Source: Opitutia bacterium (GTDB lineage: Bacteria; Verrucomicrobiota; Verrucomicrobiia; Opitutales; Opitutaceae). Taken from it: 64,000 nucleotides of DNA. A program made the translations under genes and the position numbers. Each line of letters opens with the position of its first letter. Position 1 is the stretch's first letter. Of this stretch, positions 1 to 10,400 are shown in pieces. The stretch lies in the NCBI GenBank assembly GCA_947474365.1, contig CANJIU010000009.1:64457-128456 (forward strand), given 5' to 3'. The notes under the pieces are model-generated. The model searched no databases, was not told the origin of the DNA, and saw only the letters and a list, made by a program, of their open reading frames with translations.

Positions 1-1112
1 TTCGAACTGCTGTAGAGCCGCACGGCGTTTTCGGGCAGCGGCGCCTTCAGCAGGTCCGGGTCACTGGCCTTGATTTGGTCGCGATTGACCCAGATCCATC
101 CCTCGGTGCCGTCGAAACGAATCCCGTTGCGCTGCCCGTCGACCACGAGCTTGGAACCGGAGAAAGTCTCGTGGGTCGTGGTGTGGATGTTTAATTTCAC
201 CCCGTTCGCGTAGGTGTAATGCACTTCGTACTCGCTGAACGTGTTGTAGCCGCCCGGCAGCGGCGGGACGAGCACCTGGGATGACACTTCGCGCGGAGCC
301 AGCAGCCCGATCGCCCAATAAGCGATGTCGTTGTGGTGAGCGCCCCAGTCGGTCATCGTTCCGCCGGAATAGTCATACCAAAAACGAAAGGTCTTGTGGC
401 AGCGCTCCGGCACGTAGTCGACGAACGGCGTCTGCCCCTGCCAGAAATCCCAATTCAACTCCGCCGGCACCTCCGCCTTCGCGAACGGACCGCCCATCAT
501 CCCTGCCGGCAGCCAGACATTCGCCTCCCGAAGTTTCCCGATTCGTTCATTGCGGACCAACTCACAGGCGAGGCGGAAACGCTGGGAGCTGCGCTGCTGG
601 GTGCCGGTCTGCAGCACGATGCCGCTTTTTCGCACCGCGGCCACGAGCCACCGGCCTTCGTCGATCGTGAGCGTCAGCGGTTTCTCTGAATAGACGTCTT
701 TGCGCGCGTTCGCCGCGCCGAGATTCACCAGCGTATGCCAGTGATCGGGCGTGCCGTTGACGAGCACGTGCACGTCCTTCTGTTCCAACACGCGGCGAAA
801 ATCCGAATAAATCCGAGGCACCTTGCCATCCACGGTGAGCGTTTTCGCCGCTGCCGCCGCATGCTTCGCGTCTACGTCGCACACCGCGACCACCTCTCCC
901 CAGTTGGCGGCGCTCTGCGCGTCGCGCGTCCCCTGCCCACCGCAACCAATCAACGCCACCCCAGGCCGTTCGTTGGGACTGGGGCTCTTTTTCGCCGGAG
1001 CCTCCGCCGCGGCCAGCTGGCGCTCGACAAACCAGAAAGGCAGTCCGCTGGCCGCTGCGATCACACTGCAACGTTTGAGAAAGGAACGGCGGGAGACGTG
1101 AAACGATTTCAT
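1..1112 (-). CDS. Gfo/Idh/MocA-family NAD(P)-dependent oxidoreductase with Tat signal (RRSFLK). The C-terminus runs off the window edge.
   Basis: Reverse-strand translation from the ATG at 1112-1110 gives MKSFHVSRRSFLKRCSVIAAASGLPFW..., then a Rossmann GxGxxG region (ALIGCGGQG) and a Gfo/Idh-like C-terminal region. No stop before position 1, so it is absent from the ORF track. Confidence 0.7.
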   Translation of the reverse strand, partial: MKSFHVSRRSFLKRCSVIAAASGLPFWFVERQLAAAEAPAKKSPSPNERPGVALIGCGGQGTRDAQSAANWGEVVAVCDVDAKHAAAAAKTLTVDGKVPRIYSDFRRVLEQKDVHVLVNGTPDHWHTLVNLGAANARKDVYSEKPLTLTIDEGRWLVAAVRKSGIVLQTGTQQRSSQRFRLACELVRNERIGKLREANVWLPAGMMGGPFAKAEVPAELNWDFWQGQTPFVDYVPERCHKTFRFWYDYSGGTMTDWGAHHNDIAYWAIGLLAPREVSSQVLVPPLPGGYNTFSEYEVHYTYANGVKLNIHTTTHETFSGSKLVVDGQRNGIRFDGTEGWIWVNRDQIKASDPDLLKAPLPENAVRLYSSS

Positions 1113-1245
1113 CAGGGGAGGACGGGGCGAACAGCCGCCCGCTCCTGAAGCAAACGCGCCTGGGTGCGGTCGGTCAATGCCGGCCTGGGAGTTTGAGAAT
1201 CAACCGCGGCGCGCCCAGCAAAAACCCAGCCCGCCCGACCGCGGT

Positions 1246-2652
1246 TCAGCGCGCACCTTTCGCTGCGGCTGCGACCGCCACCCCGATGGCGAAGGCCATT
1301 CCCTGCTGCAATTTCGCGACGTCTGCCATGACCTTGCGTAGCCGGGAGCGCGCCTCCGGCAGGTCGTCGTTGATCGTTTTCAAGCAAGACCAAAGCTCCG
1401 CGCCCGTAGTCTTTTCGATTTCAAAGAGCCAGTCGCCGAGCCCGACGTCGCGAAACATTTCCGCCTTCACCGAATCGACCGGTTGCCGCACATGCAACGC
1501 GGGGGTGCCGTTTGCCAGCGCGATAATCGGGGAATGGCATTCCACACTCACGACGGCCCGCGCCCGGGCGTAAATCGAGGCCGCTTCATCCGGCAACCAG
1601 TAGCTGTCGCGCCAGACGACGTGCCGCTTCACGTCGTCCGGCAGCGGATCGACCAGCTGTTCCTTGGCCGTCTGAATCTCGTAGGTCATTTCCGGACAGG
1701 CGATCACCTTGCGTCCCGTGTTGCGCACCCAGAGCGTGATCATCTCGCGAAGCGGAGCGTGATCACTCGCGGCGGTTCGGTCGTTGATCGCATCAATGGC
1801 ATAGTCGCTCTCGTCGCGCGGCAGGTTCCGCACCCGGTAGTACGGCGTGTAGCGCAACCGCGGGACAACGCAGAGATAGTCCTCGTCGTTCAACCCATGG
1901 CGCCGGAGCCAGGCCCCCGCGCGTTTGTCGTCGCGCACGGCGATTGCAAACGCGCCTTCCGGGCCAAACTCCAGCCGGCCGGGACGCACCCCTTGCTGGT
2001 GCAGGAAACGCAGCGACAGGGAGTCGCGGCAAAAGATGAAGGCCGCGTTTTCGTAGACCGCGCGCGCGCCGAATTTCCGTTCAAACTCACCCGCCGGCAA
2101 ACGGTCGATTGCATCCTTCAAGTCGACGAGGGTTGCCCCGTCCGGCTTGGTCCTGCGGTCCGTAATCGGATCAAAAGCCGTCCCGAAAAATCCATACGGT
2201 CGTCCCGTCACGATCCACGGTTTGTAGGTGATCGCGTTTTTTGCCGGGGAAACAAAGAAATTCGCCGTTCGCCACGCTTCCGCCAGTTCGGGGGTCGACG
2301 CCCTCCCCTGCGCGTCGATCTCCCCTTCCGCAATCTTCAGACGCGGAAACGTGCGCAACAGCAATTGCCGCTCCCGCTCATGCAGGTGCCATGGCCAGAG
2401 CGTCACCTCCGCGTCCGGGAGATGTTCGAAAAACAGCCGGATCGTCCCCGGAACGCGTCCACTGTCCCCGATGTTTTCAAACTGGAGTGCCTCGCGGAGC
2501 AGAATATGCGGGCGCACCGCCGGCGAAGAGGTCGCAGCCAACGAACGTGCCGCCCCGACGCCAGCGAGCATCCCTCCCATTGCGATTGTCCCAAGGAAGT
2601 GTCGTCGAGGGGATAGCTGGCCGCGTAGGTGGAGCATGGTTTCAAACCGCAT
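1246..2652 (-). CDS. Tat-signal secreted protein, possibly polysaccharide pyruvyl transferase-like
   Basis: ORF 1246..2727. The likely start is MRFETM/MLHLR, followed by SPRRHFLGTIAMGGMLAGVGAA (twin-arginine signal). The ILLxxxxxxNIGDxG pattern resembles PS_pyruv_trans. Product call is tentative. Confidence 0.5.
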   Translation of the reverse strand: MRFETMLHLRGQLSPRRHFLGTIAMGGMLAGVGAARSLAATSSPAVRPHILLREALQFENIGDSGRVPGTIRLFFEHLPDAEVTLWPWHLHERERQLLLRTFPRLKIAEGEIDAQGRASTPELAEAWRTANFFVSPAKNAITYKPWIVTGRPYGFFGTAFDPITDRRTKPDGATLVDLKDAIDRLPAGEFERKFGARAVYENAAFIFCRDSLSLRFLHQQGVRPGRLEFGPEGAFAIAVRDDKRAGAWLRRHGLNDEDYLCVVPRLRYTPYYRVRNLPRDESDYAIDAINDRTAASDHAPLREMITLWVRNTGRKVIACPEMTYEIQTAKEQLVDPLPDDVKRHVVWRDSYWLPDEAASIYARARAVVSVECHSPIIALANGTPALHVRQPVDSVKAEMFRDVGLGDWLFEIEKTTGAELWSCLKTINDDLPEARSRLRKVMADVAKLQQGMAFAIGVAVAAAAKGAR

Positions 2653-2828
2653 AATCGGGGTGAAGGAAGAAATACCTGGCGTGAACTGCGAGCGCAGGGC
2701 AAAGCCGGCGCCGCCGCAAGTGCACAACGCGGATCCAAACTCATTTCGCCCCCCTCACGCGAGCTTGCGCTCAACCTACCACCCGCAACGCTCACGAAAT
2801 CTTTCCGACCCAGCTGAGCCGCCCCCAA

Positions 2829-4292
2829 ATGAAACGCACGCTCCTTGTATCCTTTGTCCTCTCGCTGCTCCTGCCCTGCTCCCGCGCGGCGAACGCGGCC
2901 CGCCCCAACGTTCTCTTCATCATCTCCGACGACCTCACTGCCACCGCGCTCGCCTGCTACGGCAACCCGATCGCACGGACGCCCAACATTGACCGGCTCG
3001 CCACCCAGGGCACGCGGTTCACGCGGGCGTTTTGCCAGGGAACCTACTGCGGGCCATCGCGTGCGTCGTTTATGTCCGGATACTACCCGCACGCGACTGG
3101 CGTGCTCGGTTATACCAGTCCGCGCGCGGCCATCGGAGAACGCGCGACCTGGGCGCAGCATTTCAAAAACGCCGGCTACTACACCGCCCGCGTCAGCAAG
3201 ATCTACCACATGGGCGTGCCCGGAGGCATCGAGGAAGGTGGCGACGGACGCGACCAGAACAACGGCGACGGCGCCGACGACCCGGCGTCCTGGACCGAAC
3301 GTTTCAACAGTCCCGGCCCCGAATGGAAGGCGCGCGGCGTCGGAGAAACCCTCGAGGGCAATCCCGACGGCAAAAAGCCCGTGGTGGGCGGAAACACGTT
3401 TGTCGTCGTCGAAGCCGAGGGCGACGACCTGGTCCATTCCGACGGCAAGACGGCCGCCAAGGCCGTCGAACTCATCTCCAAACACGCCGGGAACCCCTTC
3501 TTCCTCGCCGTGGGTTTTGTCCGGCCCCACGTGCCGTTCGTCGCTCCGAAGAAATATTTCGAGCCATTCCTGCCCTACGACAAGCTCACGCTCCCTCCGA
3601 AAATCCCCGGAGACTGGGACGACATCCCCAAGGCGGGCATCAACTACAAGACGAGCGTGAACATGAAAATGGACGAACGCCGGCAAAAGAAGGCGCTCGG
3701 GGGCTATCTCGCCTGCGTCTCCTACATGGACGCCCAGGTCGGCAAGGTGCTCGATGCGCTGACGAAGGCCGGACTCGACGACAACACGATCGTCATCTTC
3801 ACCAGCGACCACGGCTACCATCTCGGCGAGCATGATTTCTGGGCCAAGGTCAGCCTGCGCGACGAATCGTCGATGGTGCCGCTCATCATCCGCGTCCCCG
3901 GGAAAAAGCCGGCCGTCTGTCACTCCCTCACGGAACTCCTCGATCTCTATCCCACCCTTTCCGCCCTCTGCGGCCTTGAGGTGCCGGCACGATTGCAGGG
4001 CAAGAACATTGCCCGGATGTTCGACGACCCGGCCCATGTCGTGCGCGACACGGCCTTCAGCGTCGCGCCCTCGAGCAAAGGCTTCCTGCTGCGTGATGAT
4101 CGCTGGGCCTACCTTCAATACACCGAGAACGCCTCCGCCGGAATCGAGTTATTCGACGTCGTGAAGGACCCGAAACAGTTCACCAACCTTGCCGCCAAAC
4201 CGGAGTTCGCCGCGGTCGTATCGGACTACCAGGCCAAACTCGCGGCGAAATTGCGCGCCGTGCGCACGAACGATCTGGGTGCGAAGAATTAA
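2829..4292 (+). CDS. Sulfatase (formylglycine-dependent arylsulfatase family) with signal peptide
   Basis: Signal peptide MKRTLLVSFVLSLLLPCSRA. NVLFIISDDL plus a CxPxR fGly motif (YCGPSRASFMSG). Typical sulfatase length of 487 aa. Confidence 0.9.
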   Translation: MKRTLLVSFVLSLLLPCSRAANAARPNVLFIISDDLTATALACYGNPIARTPNIDRLATQGTRFTRAFCQGTYCGPSRASFMSGYYPHATGVLGYTSPRAAIGERATWAQHFKNAGYYTARVSKIYHMGVPGGIEEGGDGRDQNNGDGADDPASWTERFNSPGPEWKARGVGETLEGNPDGKKPVVGGNTFVVVEAEGDDLVHSDGKTAAKAVELISKHAGNPFFLAVGFVRPHVPFVAPKKYFEPFLPYDKLTLPPKIPGDWDDIPKAGINYKTSVNMKMDERRQKKALGGYLACVSYMDAQVGKVLDALTKAGLDDNTIVIFTSDHGYHLGEHDFWAKVSLRDESSMVPLIIRVPGKKPAVCHSLTELLDLYPTLSALCGLEVPARLQGKNIARMFDDPAHVVRDTAFSVAPSSKGFLLRDDRWAYLQYTENASAGIELFDVVKDPKQFTNLAAKPEFAAVVSDYQAKLAAKLRAVRTNDLGAKN

Positions 4293-4303
4293 GGCTCAGC
4301 CAC

Positions 4304-6403
4304 TCAGGGCATTTCATACAACTCGACCAAAGCGACGCCGGTCGTGTTTCCCACGCCGCTAACCTGTGCGGTGTAGGCGCCCGGGGCGAGGTTGATGATG
4401 AGTGCGGCATCCTGACTCCCCGCCGTCAGGGCAAACGCGCCCACTTGCGCGGAGCCACTCGTGATGGCCGCCGCATCGGGCGACCCACTCCACCCCGCAT
4501 TGCTTGCCAGCACGTTCGTCCCGGAACTCACGGTCAGCGTCGGCCGCGCGAGCGCACCCGTGACGCCGAATTGCGTCAATCCTGGGCCGGTACCGCGAAT
4601 GAGGACCCGTTTCGGCACGTTTCCCGTAATAAAAAAACCGGTGATGAGGGCGCCGTCGCCTGTGCCGGCCGTCGCACGGATCGCGGTATTGACGATCCGC
4701 TGATCGCGCGGAATTTCTCCGATGGTCGCATCATAGACCTCCACCATGCTGACACCGCTCACGCCACCCTGACCCGTGACCACTGCGGTGTAGGTCCCTG
4801 GCTCAAGGTCCAGCATGAGCGCCGCGTCGCGACTGTTATTCGCCAGAGGAAAGGCTCCAACCCGCGCGGCCGCCGCTGCGATTGCGGCAGAGGAAGCACC
4901 ACCCGCGGCGGGTGTGCCCCAATCATTGCCGACGGCCACGGACGTCGCGCCGCGGAAAACCTCCAAACGCGCGGCACTGAGCACGCCGCCAACTCCGAAC
5001 GTCGCAAGGGTCGGGCCGATCGCGCGCACGAGCACCGGCTTGGGCCGCGTCCCCGAAATGACAAAGCCTGCGATCAAAGTGTTCGCCGCCGTGCCCGTCA
5101 GGCTTCGCGTGGAGATGTTGATCAATTTGTCGAGATCCGAGCGGACATCACTGCTCCCCACAAAGGTCGCCGCCGCTCCGTTCGCCGGCGTCACGGTCGC
5201 TGAAAAAATCGACGTCGCGGCAGAAATCGTGCCCACCACGCGCGCATTTGCGGCCGTCGAGAGACTGACCACGCCGTCGGTGGAAACGGTGCCGACGCCA
5301 CCATCGGCCGTCGCACCCATAACGTTCACCAACAGAACCTCACCCTTGGCGCTCACGATCGCGTAGCCCTGCGCCGATCCGCCCACCATCCGCGTCGGAA
5401 AAAAGCCCGCCACCGCCGCCGTCACGCCGGTCCGGGCCGCAGCAGGTGCGATGAACGCGAGATTGATTCCGGAAACCGAGCCCTTGAGCGTGCCATCGGG
5501 CCCAATGCCTCCTTCGACGCGACCGCCGCCCTCGAGGTCCGCGGCAAATGAACCGTCGCCCGCCACCATGACGTCGCGACCGACGAGAGCCGTCCGCGTC
5601 GCATTCGCGAAACCCAGAAACACCCCGGTGCGATCTGTCCGAATGATGAGTGAGAAGGCGCCACCTTCGCTGCCAAAGGCACCAAAGTAAGTACCGTCAA
5701 TTGGAGCCGGACGGACGGTAAGCAACGCGGAGCTGGACGCAACGCTGCCGGCAACGTTGGTCACCACCACCTGATACGAACCAGAAACCGTGGCGTTCAC
5801 CACGTTGAGCGAGGCCGACGTGGCACCTGCAACGGCGATACCGTCCTTCTGCCATTGATACGACAGAGGTCCGGTACCAGAGGCGGCAACCGTCAACGTG
5901 GTCGACCCGCCGAAATCCACCGACTGCGCCACGGGCTGGGTCACAACGGCCGGAGCCTCGGGCTTGAAAACCGGCGTGACGGTCAGGACGGCAGTCGAAC
6001 TGGTCACCGAGCCATCGTTGTTCGAAATGGAAACCGTGTACGTCGCCGCATCGTTCTGCGCCGTTTTCTCCAGCGTGAGCGTCGGACTCTGCGCCCCCGC
6101 AATCACGGCCCCATTCTTGAACCACTGATAGAGGGGAAACTTGCCCGTCGCCGTAACCTCGAACGTCACACCGGCGCCTTCTACGACCGTGCGGCTGATC
6201 GGCTGCGCGGTGATTACCGGCGTTACCTGCGGTCCGCTACCATCGCCGCCACCCCGGCCATTGCCACCCCCCGAGCCGTTGCCTCCGTGACCACCCGCAC
6301 CACCGGAGACCGGAACCGTCTGGGCACTCACCCCAAACGTGACCAAGAAAAGAAGAGCGAGCCCACGGAAGAGGCGCCAAGGGGACGACAACGTGGGTCT
6401 CAT
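4304..6403 (-). CDS. Secreted multi-domain protein: Gly-rich linker, two Ig-like (I-set-type) domains and two ~120-aa C-terminal tandem repeats
   Basis: Start chosen at MRPTLSSPWRLFRGLALLFLVTFGVSAQ (signal peptide), ATG at 6403. Gly-rich linker GGAGGHGGNGSGGGNGRGGGDGSG. Two Ig-like domains with YQW(Q/F)K(D/N)G motifs. Two diverged repeats, each ending ...PG(A/T)YTA.V(S/T)G..G.(T/S)GV.(L/M)VE(L/V)Y. The upstream part of the six-frame ORF (to 6889) overlaps an intergenic repeat and is rejected. Confidence 0.75.
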   Translation of the reverse strand: MRPTLSSPWRLFRGLALLFLVTFGVSAQTVPVSGGAGGHGGNGSGGGNGRGGGDGSGPQVTPVITAQPISRTVVEGAGVTFEVTATGKFPLYQWFKNGAVIAGAQSPTLTLEKTAQNDAATYTVSISNNDGSVTSSTAVLTVTPVFKPEAPAVVTQPVAQSVDFGGSTTLTVAASGTGPLSYQWQKDGIAVAGATSASLNVVNATVSGSYQVVVTNVAGSVASSSALLTVRPAPIDGTYFGAFGSEGGAFSLIIRTDRTGVFLGFANATRTALVGRDVMVAGDGSFAADLEGGGRVEGGIGPDGTLKGSVSGINLAFIAPAAARTGVTAAVAGFFPTRMVGGSAQGYAIVSAKGEVLLVNVMGATADGGVGTVSTDGVVSLSTAANARVVGTISAATSIFSATVTPANGAAATFVGSSDVRSDLDKLINISTRSLTGTAANTLIAGFVISGTRPKPVLVRAIGPTLATFGVGGVLSAARLEVFRGATSVAVGNDWGTPAAGGASSAAIAAAAARVGAFPLANNSRDAALMLDLEPGTYTAVVTGQGGVSGVSMVEVYDATIGEIPRDQRIVNTAIRATAGTGDGALITGFFITGNVPKRVLIRGTGPGLTQFGVTGALARPTLTVSSGTNVLASNAGWSGSPDAAAITSGSAQVGAFALTAGSQDAALIINLAPGAYTAQVSGVGNTTGVALVELYEMP

Positions 6404-6500
6404 GAACGGAACAGGAGCATCGCGGGACGTTAAAACCGATTTATCCGAGGTCAAGGGAGGCCCCCTGCTGTCGTCTTTCTCCCTAATCCGTAGAAATTCA

Positions 6501-6640
6501 GTCGAGAGCGGAGAGCCGGGAGCTGAGAGCAAAACCAAACGGTGAACTTCGGTTTCGGGTCGGGCGGCGCGCGTGTCTGGTCTCGAGATTGGGCTCTCAG
6601 CTCTTCGCTCCGAGCTCTCGACTGCATGGTCGCGGCTAAT
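6501..6640. repeat. R1 copy 1 plus an imperfect inverted-repeat partner (gtcgagagc..agctgagagc / gctctcagct..gctctcgac), forming a long hairpin between the SGNH hydrolase stop and the Ig-like protein start
   Basis: Read directly from the sequence. Arms at 6501-6530 and 6593-6622. Confidence 0.65.
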
Positions 6641-7418
6641 CCGCCAGCCACCGCGCCAGCGGCAATTGCAGCCGCCGGATTTCCTGCGCTGCGAGTCTCG
6701 CAACCTGCCTAGCCCCGAACTCGCAATAATGGGTATTGTCCGCCGCACCTTTCGGATAGGCGTCATACTTGCCGGCCGGCAAATACAGGTGAAGCGCCTT
6801 GGAACCCTCCGGGCCGAGCGTGCACTCCAATTCCTCGGTCCGGGCGCGCAGATCAAGCAGCGGCACGTCCATCGCCGCAGCGACTTCACGGGTCACGTCC
6901 TGCCATTCGGACGGCGCGACCTCAAACCGGCCCGCCTCGCTCCAGCTTCGCCGCACGACAGAAGTGGCCAGCAGCGGAAACGCACCCTTGGCCCGCACTT
7001 CACGGATGAACCGCTCGAGATTCGCGCGATACGAACCACGAGGTTCGGTGTAACGTGAGGGATCATCCACCTTCGTGTCGTTCGTGCCGAACTGGATGAT
7101 CAGATAATCACCTTTGGCGATCTCGCCGATCACTTTGGCCCAAAGCCCCTGGTCGATGAAACTCTTGCTGCTCCGGCCGCTGCGTCCGTGGTTTTGTACC
7201 ATCGTCGCGTCCTTGAAATGCGCCGGGAACACTTGCCCCCATCCCACCAGGACGCGTTCCGGCGGATAGCTCGCCATCGTCGAGCCCCCAATCAGAAAAA
7301 CGCGCGGCGGCAATTCGACCGCGGCCATCCCGATCGTCGGAAACGCCCAAATACAAGCGACGCCTGCAAGCAGTCTCGCGAGCCATAGCCTGCGCAGGAA
7401 ATTAAGCGGGCGAGTCAT
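6636..7418 (-). CDS. SGNH/GDSL hydrolase, rhamnogalacturonan acetylesterase-like (CE12-like)
   Basis: N-terminal signal peptide. FLIGGSTMASY...GWGQVF aligns with the RGAE block YLAGDSTMA...GWGEYL. Length 260 aa. Confidence 0.8.
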   Translation of the reverse strand: MTRPLNFLRRLWLARLLAGVACIWAFPTIGMAAVELPPRVFLIGGSTMASYPPERVLVGWGQVFPAHFKDATMVQNHGRSGRSSKSFIDQGLWAKVIGEIAKGDYLIIQFGTNDTKVDDPSRYTEPRGSYRANLERFIREVRAKGAFPLLATSVVRRSWSEAGRFEVAPSEWQDVTREVAAAMDVPLLDLRARTEELECTLGPEGSKALHLYLPAGKYDAYPKGAADNTHYCEFGARQVARLAAQEIRRLQLPLARWLAD

Positions 7419-7440
7419 GGGAATTTTGCGTCGCGGTGGT

Positions 7441-10400
7441 TCAACGCGCCGAGGCGGGAATCAACCGGATTCCACGTACGTCGGCGAGTTCCCGTTTCAA
7501 GGGCCCATCCGGCTTCAGCTGAATGCGGTTCACGCCGCTGCGCAACACGAGCCGGCCGGAGGGTTGCTCGCGAAACGTCTCGTAGTCGCCCGTCGACGGC
7601 ACCTCGCCCCGCGTCCGGCTTCCCTCGGTTTCCACCACGAAGAAATCGCCTGCCGAATCATCGTCCGCCGCGAGATTCACGCGCACCTCGAAGGTTCCAC
7701 CGGACTCAAGCTCCACCGTCCACTCCGCGATGTCGGTGGCGACTGTCCAGGGAGCCAGCACGTCAAACACCTGCCGGTAGCCGAGCTTTTGCGCGTAGAC
7801 CACCGCCTTGCCGGCGGGAAGCAGAATCTCCCCCGACGGTATCGGCCGAAGCACGACAGCGGGGCCGGCGCCAGTTCCCTCTTTCTGGCCCGGAACGGCC
7901 GTGAGTTCCCCCGCGGTCCAGGGCAAGGTGCGGCCGCCGGTTTCGCGCCGGATGCCCGCAATCAACTGCGGCTCGACCACGCCCGCATCGTTCCCCCAGG
8001 CACGCCGGACATAACTGATGACCGCCGCCATCTTGTCGTCGTCGAGTATCCCGCTGGCGCCGAGGGCGGGCATGCTCAGATTCCACGTCTGTCCGCCGAC
8101 CGAAATGGGGCCGTACAGGCCGTGCATCACGATACGAGCGACCCGCTCGACGGGCCCCTTGACCCACTCGCTCGCGGCCAGTGAGGGCGCCACATTGGGA
8201 GCACCGCCACCGTGCCCCTGATGACAGGCAGAACAAATCGCGGTGTAGATTTCACGTCCCTCCTCCACGCGTTTCCTTTCCAGCGCGGAGAGCACCCGGG
8301 CTCCGGTATCCGCACTCGTCTCCGCGACCGCTCCCGGCCACGCAAACACCTCCAAGGCACGGTAGGCGACCTGGCGGAGCGAAGCGTCCGAGCCCCGCGC
8401 GAGGCGGAGCAGTACCGCCGGCTCCCGGGTTAGAGGCGCAGGCTTGACGCGTCGGCTCCCGGTTGGCGCGAACGTGGTCAGCGCCTCCAGCAATGCCTCG
8501 TGGTGCCAGGGCGCGGAACGTCCCGCCGTTTCCAACAGGGCGATCAGGGCGTCGTTGCGCGGCGCATCTCCGGCCTCCAGCACGCAGTGCACGGCCAGAC
8601 TGGCGATCCGCCGCTGCCGTGCGCCGAAGGTTGACTGATCGGCAAACGTGCGGAGGAGCGCCTGGAGAAATTCCAGCTCGCGCCCTTCCCTCCCCGACAG
8701 CGCAGCGACATCGAAGAGCGTATCCTCGCCGGCAATCGCCAGCGCCAACAGCAACGGCAGCGACTCCGGCAGCACCATCGCACTCGCCGTCAGCGTCGCC
8801 TGCAACCGGACGGACTCACTCCGATCCCGCCGGGCGGCGCCCAGTTTCGCGAGCAGGGTGGATTGTTCCGTTGCCGCAAGTCCTCGTTCACTCAGACGGA
8901 TCGCGGCTGCACGCACGCGATCATCGCCATCGCCCATCGCGGCGAATTTTGTCGCGGGGTCGAGGGCGCCGAGGCCGTCGAGAGCCCACAGGGCGTGCAA
9001 CCGCCCGAGCGGCGCGGAACCACGGCGTGCCTGTTCCCGCAATGGCGGCACCGCGCTGGGATCGCGCCGTTCCACCAGCAGGCGCTGCGCCGTCAGCCGC
9101 CACCAGCCCGTGGCGTCGCCGAGATGGGTGATCAACTCCGAGGAGCCGGCCTGATCGAGCCTGGGGCGGCCCCGTTCCACCGGGCGATCGTCACGCACGA
9201 CGCGGTAGAGGCGGCCCATGTCCCTGCCGGTATCAAGCTTTCGATCACGCACCTGATCGCTGATCCACGGCACCATGAAAATTACGTGCTCGATGATCCC
9301 GTGGTACATGTCGGCGACGTAGAGCGCCCCGTCGGGACCGACGCGCGCGTTGACAGGCCGGAAGCGTTCGTCGCTCGACGCCAGAAATTCCTGCTCGGCC
9401 GGATAAAAGCGCGTCGCATTCGGCCGGATGCCGCCGCTAAGCCGCAACCGGCCGATGAGATTGCCCCCGGCCTCGGGGACGAACACATTGCCCCGAGCCT
9501 CCTCGCCCAGCTGCTCTCCGTCGTAGTAACACGTGCCGGATGCGATGGTGTAGGTCTGCAGGCGGGCGTCGTCCCGCAGTTCCAAGGCACCGAGCGTGAT
9601 CCCCGGCGTCACGCGGATCGGAAAGACCTCCTGCGCCTCAGTGGCGATGTTCACGCTCACGCCCCCGGAACCGCGGCCACCGCGCGCCACAACCCGCGCG
9701 AGGTTGTGATTGCGCACCAGATACTCCGCCGGAATCAAATCGGCGTGCAGCGCTGAGTTCTGGTGGCAGGTCATGAACCGCCCCGTCTCGTCAAACGTGA
9801 CACCGAATTGCCCATGGCGAACCGTCTCCTCCTCGATGAATTTCCCCTCGAGCCAGCGGTGCCGTTTCGTCGAATCGGCACTGTGCAGCCAGTTGTCGAT
9901 GCCGTAGCGAAGCCCGTTCGCGGTGTGCTGCGGATTGCCCGCAACCCCCATCGTCCCCACCTCGGTGCGTCGATCACAGCGCAGGTCGCCGTCGGTGTCC
10001 TCACAAAACCAGACCTTGGGTGGCTCCTGCACCAGCACGCCTCCCTTCACAAAGGTGAGCGACCGTGGCATCACCAGCCGGTCGAGGAAAACCGTGCTCT
10101 TGTCAGCGCGGCCATCGCCATCGGTATCCTCCAGCACCACGACGCGGCAGATCGGATCGCCCTCGCCGCCACCCTTGATGTCGCGCATGTAGCCCTGGTA
10201 CTCGACGACCCAGATGCGGCCCGCCGGGTCAAATTCAAAGAAAATCGGATTCTGCACCATTGGCTCGGCCGCCACGAGTTCGACCCGATAGCCCGGCGCC
10301 ACCCGGAAACTGCGCAACGCCTCCTCCGGCGAAAGCGGCGGCGCCGGCGGCACCTTGATGCGCGAGAGGAGATCGGCGCCCTTTTCCCATTGCGCCGTTC

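Noticed and set aside
1483-2616. 377-aa plus-strand ORF
   Set aside because: Antisense shadow ORF inside the minus-strand gene 1246..2652. The composition is Arg/Pro-rich, typical of high-GC antisense frames.
2403-4118. 571-aa minus-strand ORF
   Set aside because: Antisense to the well-supported sulfatase gene. Low-complexity Gly/Arg/Val-rich translation.
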